Assembly: GCA_011109175.1 (NCBI GenBank)
Contig: RDEW01000003.1
Location: 1,546,429 to 1,610,428, forward strand
Source: Dicyema japonicum
Lineage: Eukaryota; Animalia; Dicyemida
Direction of reading: 5' to 3'
DNA length: 64,000 bases
Below are positions 63,804-64,000 of the stretch, in pieces. The number at the start of each line of letters is the position of its first letter. The first letter of the stretch is position 1. The notes beneath the pieces were generated by a model. It made no database searches. It was not told the DNA's origin and saw only the letters and a list, made by a program, of their open reading frames with translations. Position numbers and translations under genes: made by a program.

Positions 63804-64000
63804 ATGTCTCTGATTCATATTGTGAACGTTAAAATTTTAAATCATATTTCAATGCTAACAGATCCATTTGAATTTGAGATACTATTTGAGTGCTACGAAG
63901 ACTTAGAAGTGGATTTAGAATGGAAGGTTACATATGTTGGATGTTCACATTCAAATGAATATGATCAAATTCTTGATTCAAGTGTAGCAGGCCCAATTCC
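63804..64000 (+). CDS. ASF1: Histone chaperone ASF1, 5' part running off the window
   Basis: MSLIHIVNVKILN...DPFEFEILFEC..DLEWKVTYVG...EYDQILDS..AGPIP; not in the ORF track because no stop falls within the window. Confidence 0.93.
   Translation, partial: MSLIHIVNVKILNHISMLTDPFEFEILFECYEDLEVDLEWKVTYVGCSHSNEYDQILDSSVAGPI

Overview
AT-rich animal genomic DNA with extremely short GT-AG introns (mostly 22-28 nt). A dicyemid-like compact genome is inferred, not proven. About a dozen host genes are present: MAGI-like, AHI1, Asterix/WDR83OS, MCM2, stomatin, an atypical Rho GTPase, KIAA2013-like, DOHH, a Src-family kinase, partial ASF1, and several unidentified genes. They are interleaved with dense, deletion-eroded transposon remnants: a Jockey/I-like LINE family, RTE-like, CRE and R4/Dong-like non-LTR elements, a Buster hAT, a Tc1-like transposase, a 53-bp MITE and a tRNA-derived SINE family. 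The most notable observation is a stem-loop that straddles the ORF2 stop codon of the LINE family (GGGATCACN...N'GTG) and shows compensatory covariation in six dispersed copies. Other points of interest are a structured RTE 5' leader, a structured SINE core, a twin-priming-like inverted CRE element, a microsporidia-like R4 element next to DOHH, and a Src kinase with Phe at the activation-loop tyrosine. Recurrent 1-bp homopolymer indels in conserved genes are most likely assembly errors, so frameshifts are not read as pseudogenisation. All identifications are by eye or from memory of protein families; no database searches were run and many boundaries are approximate.
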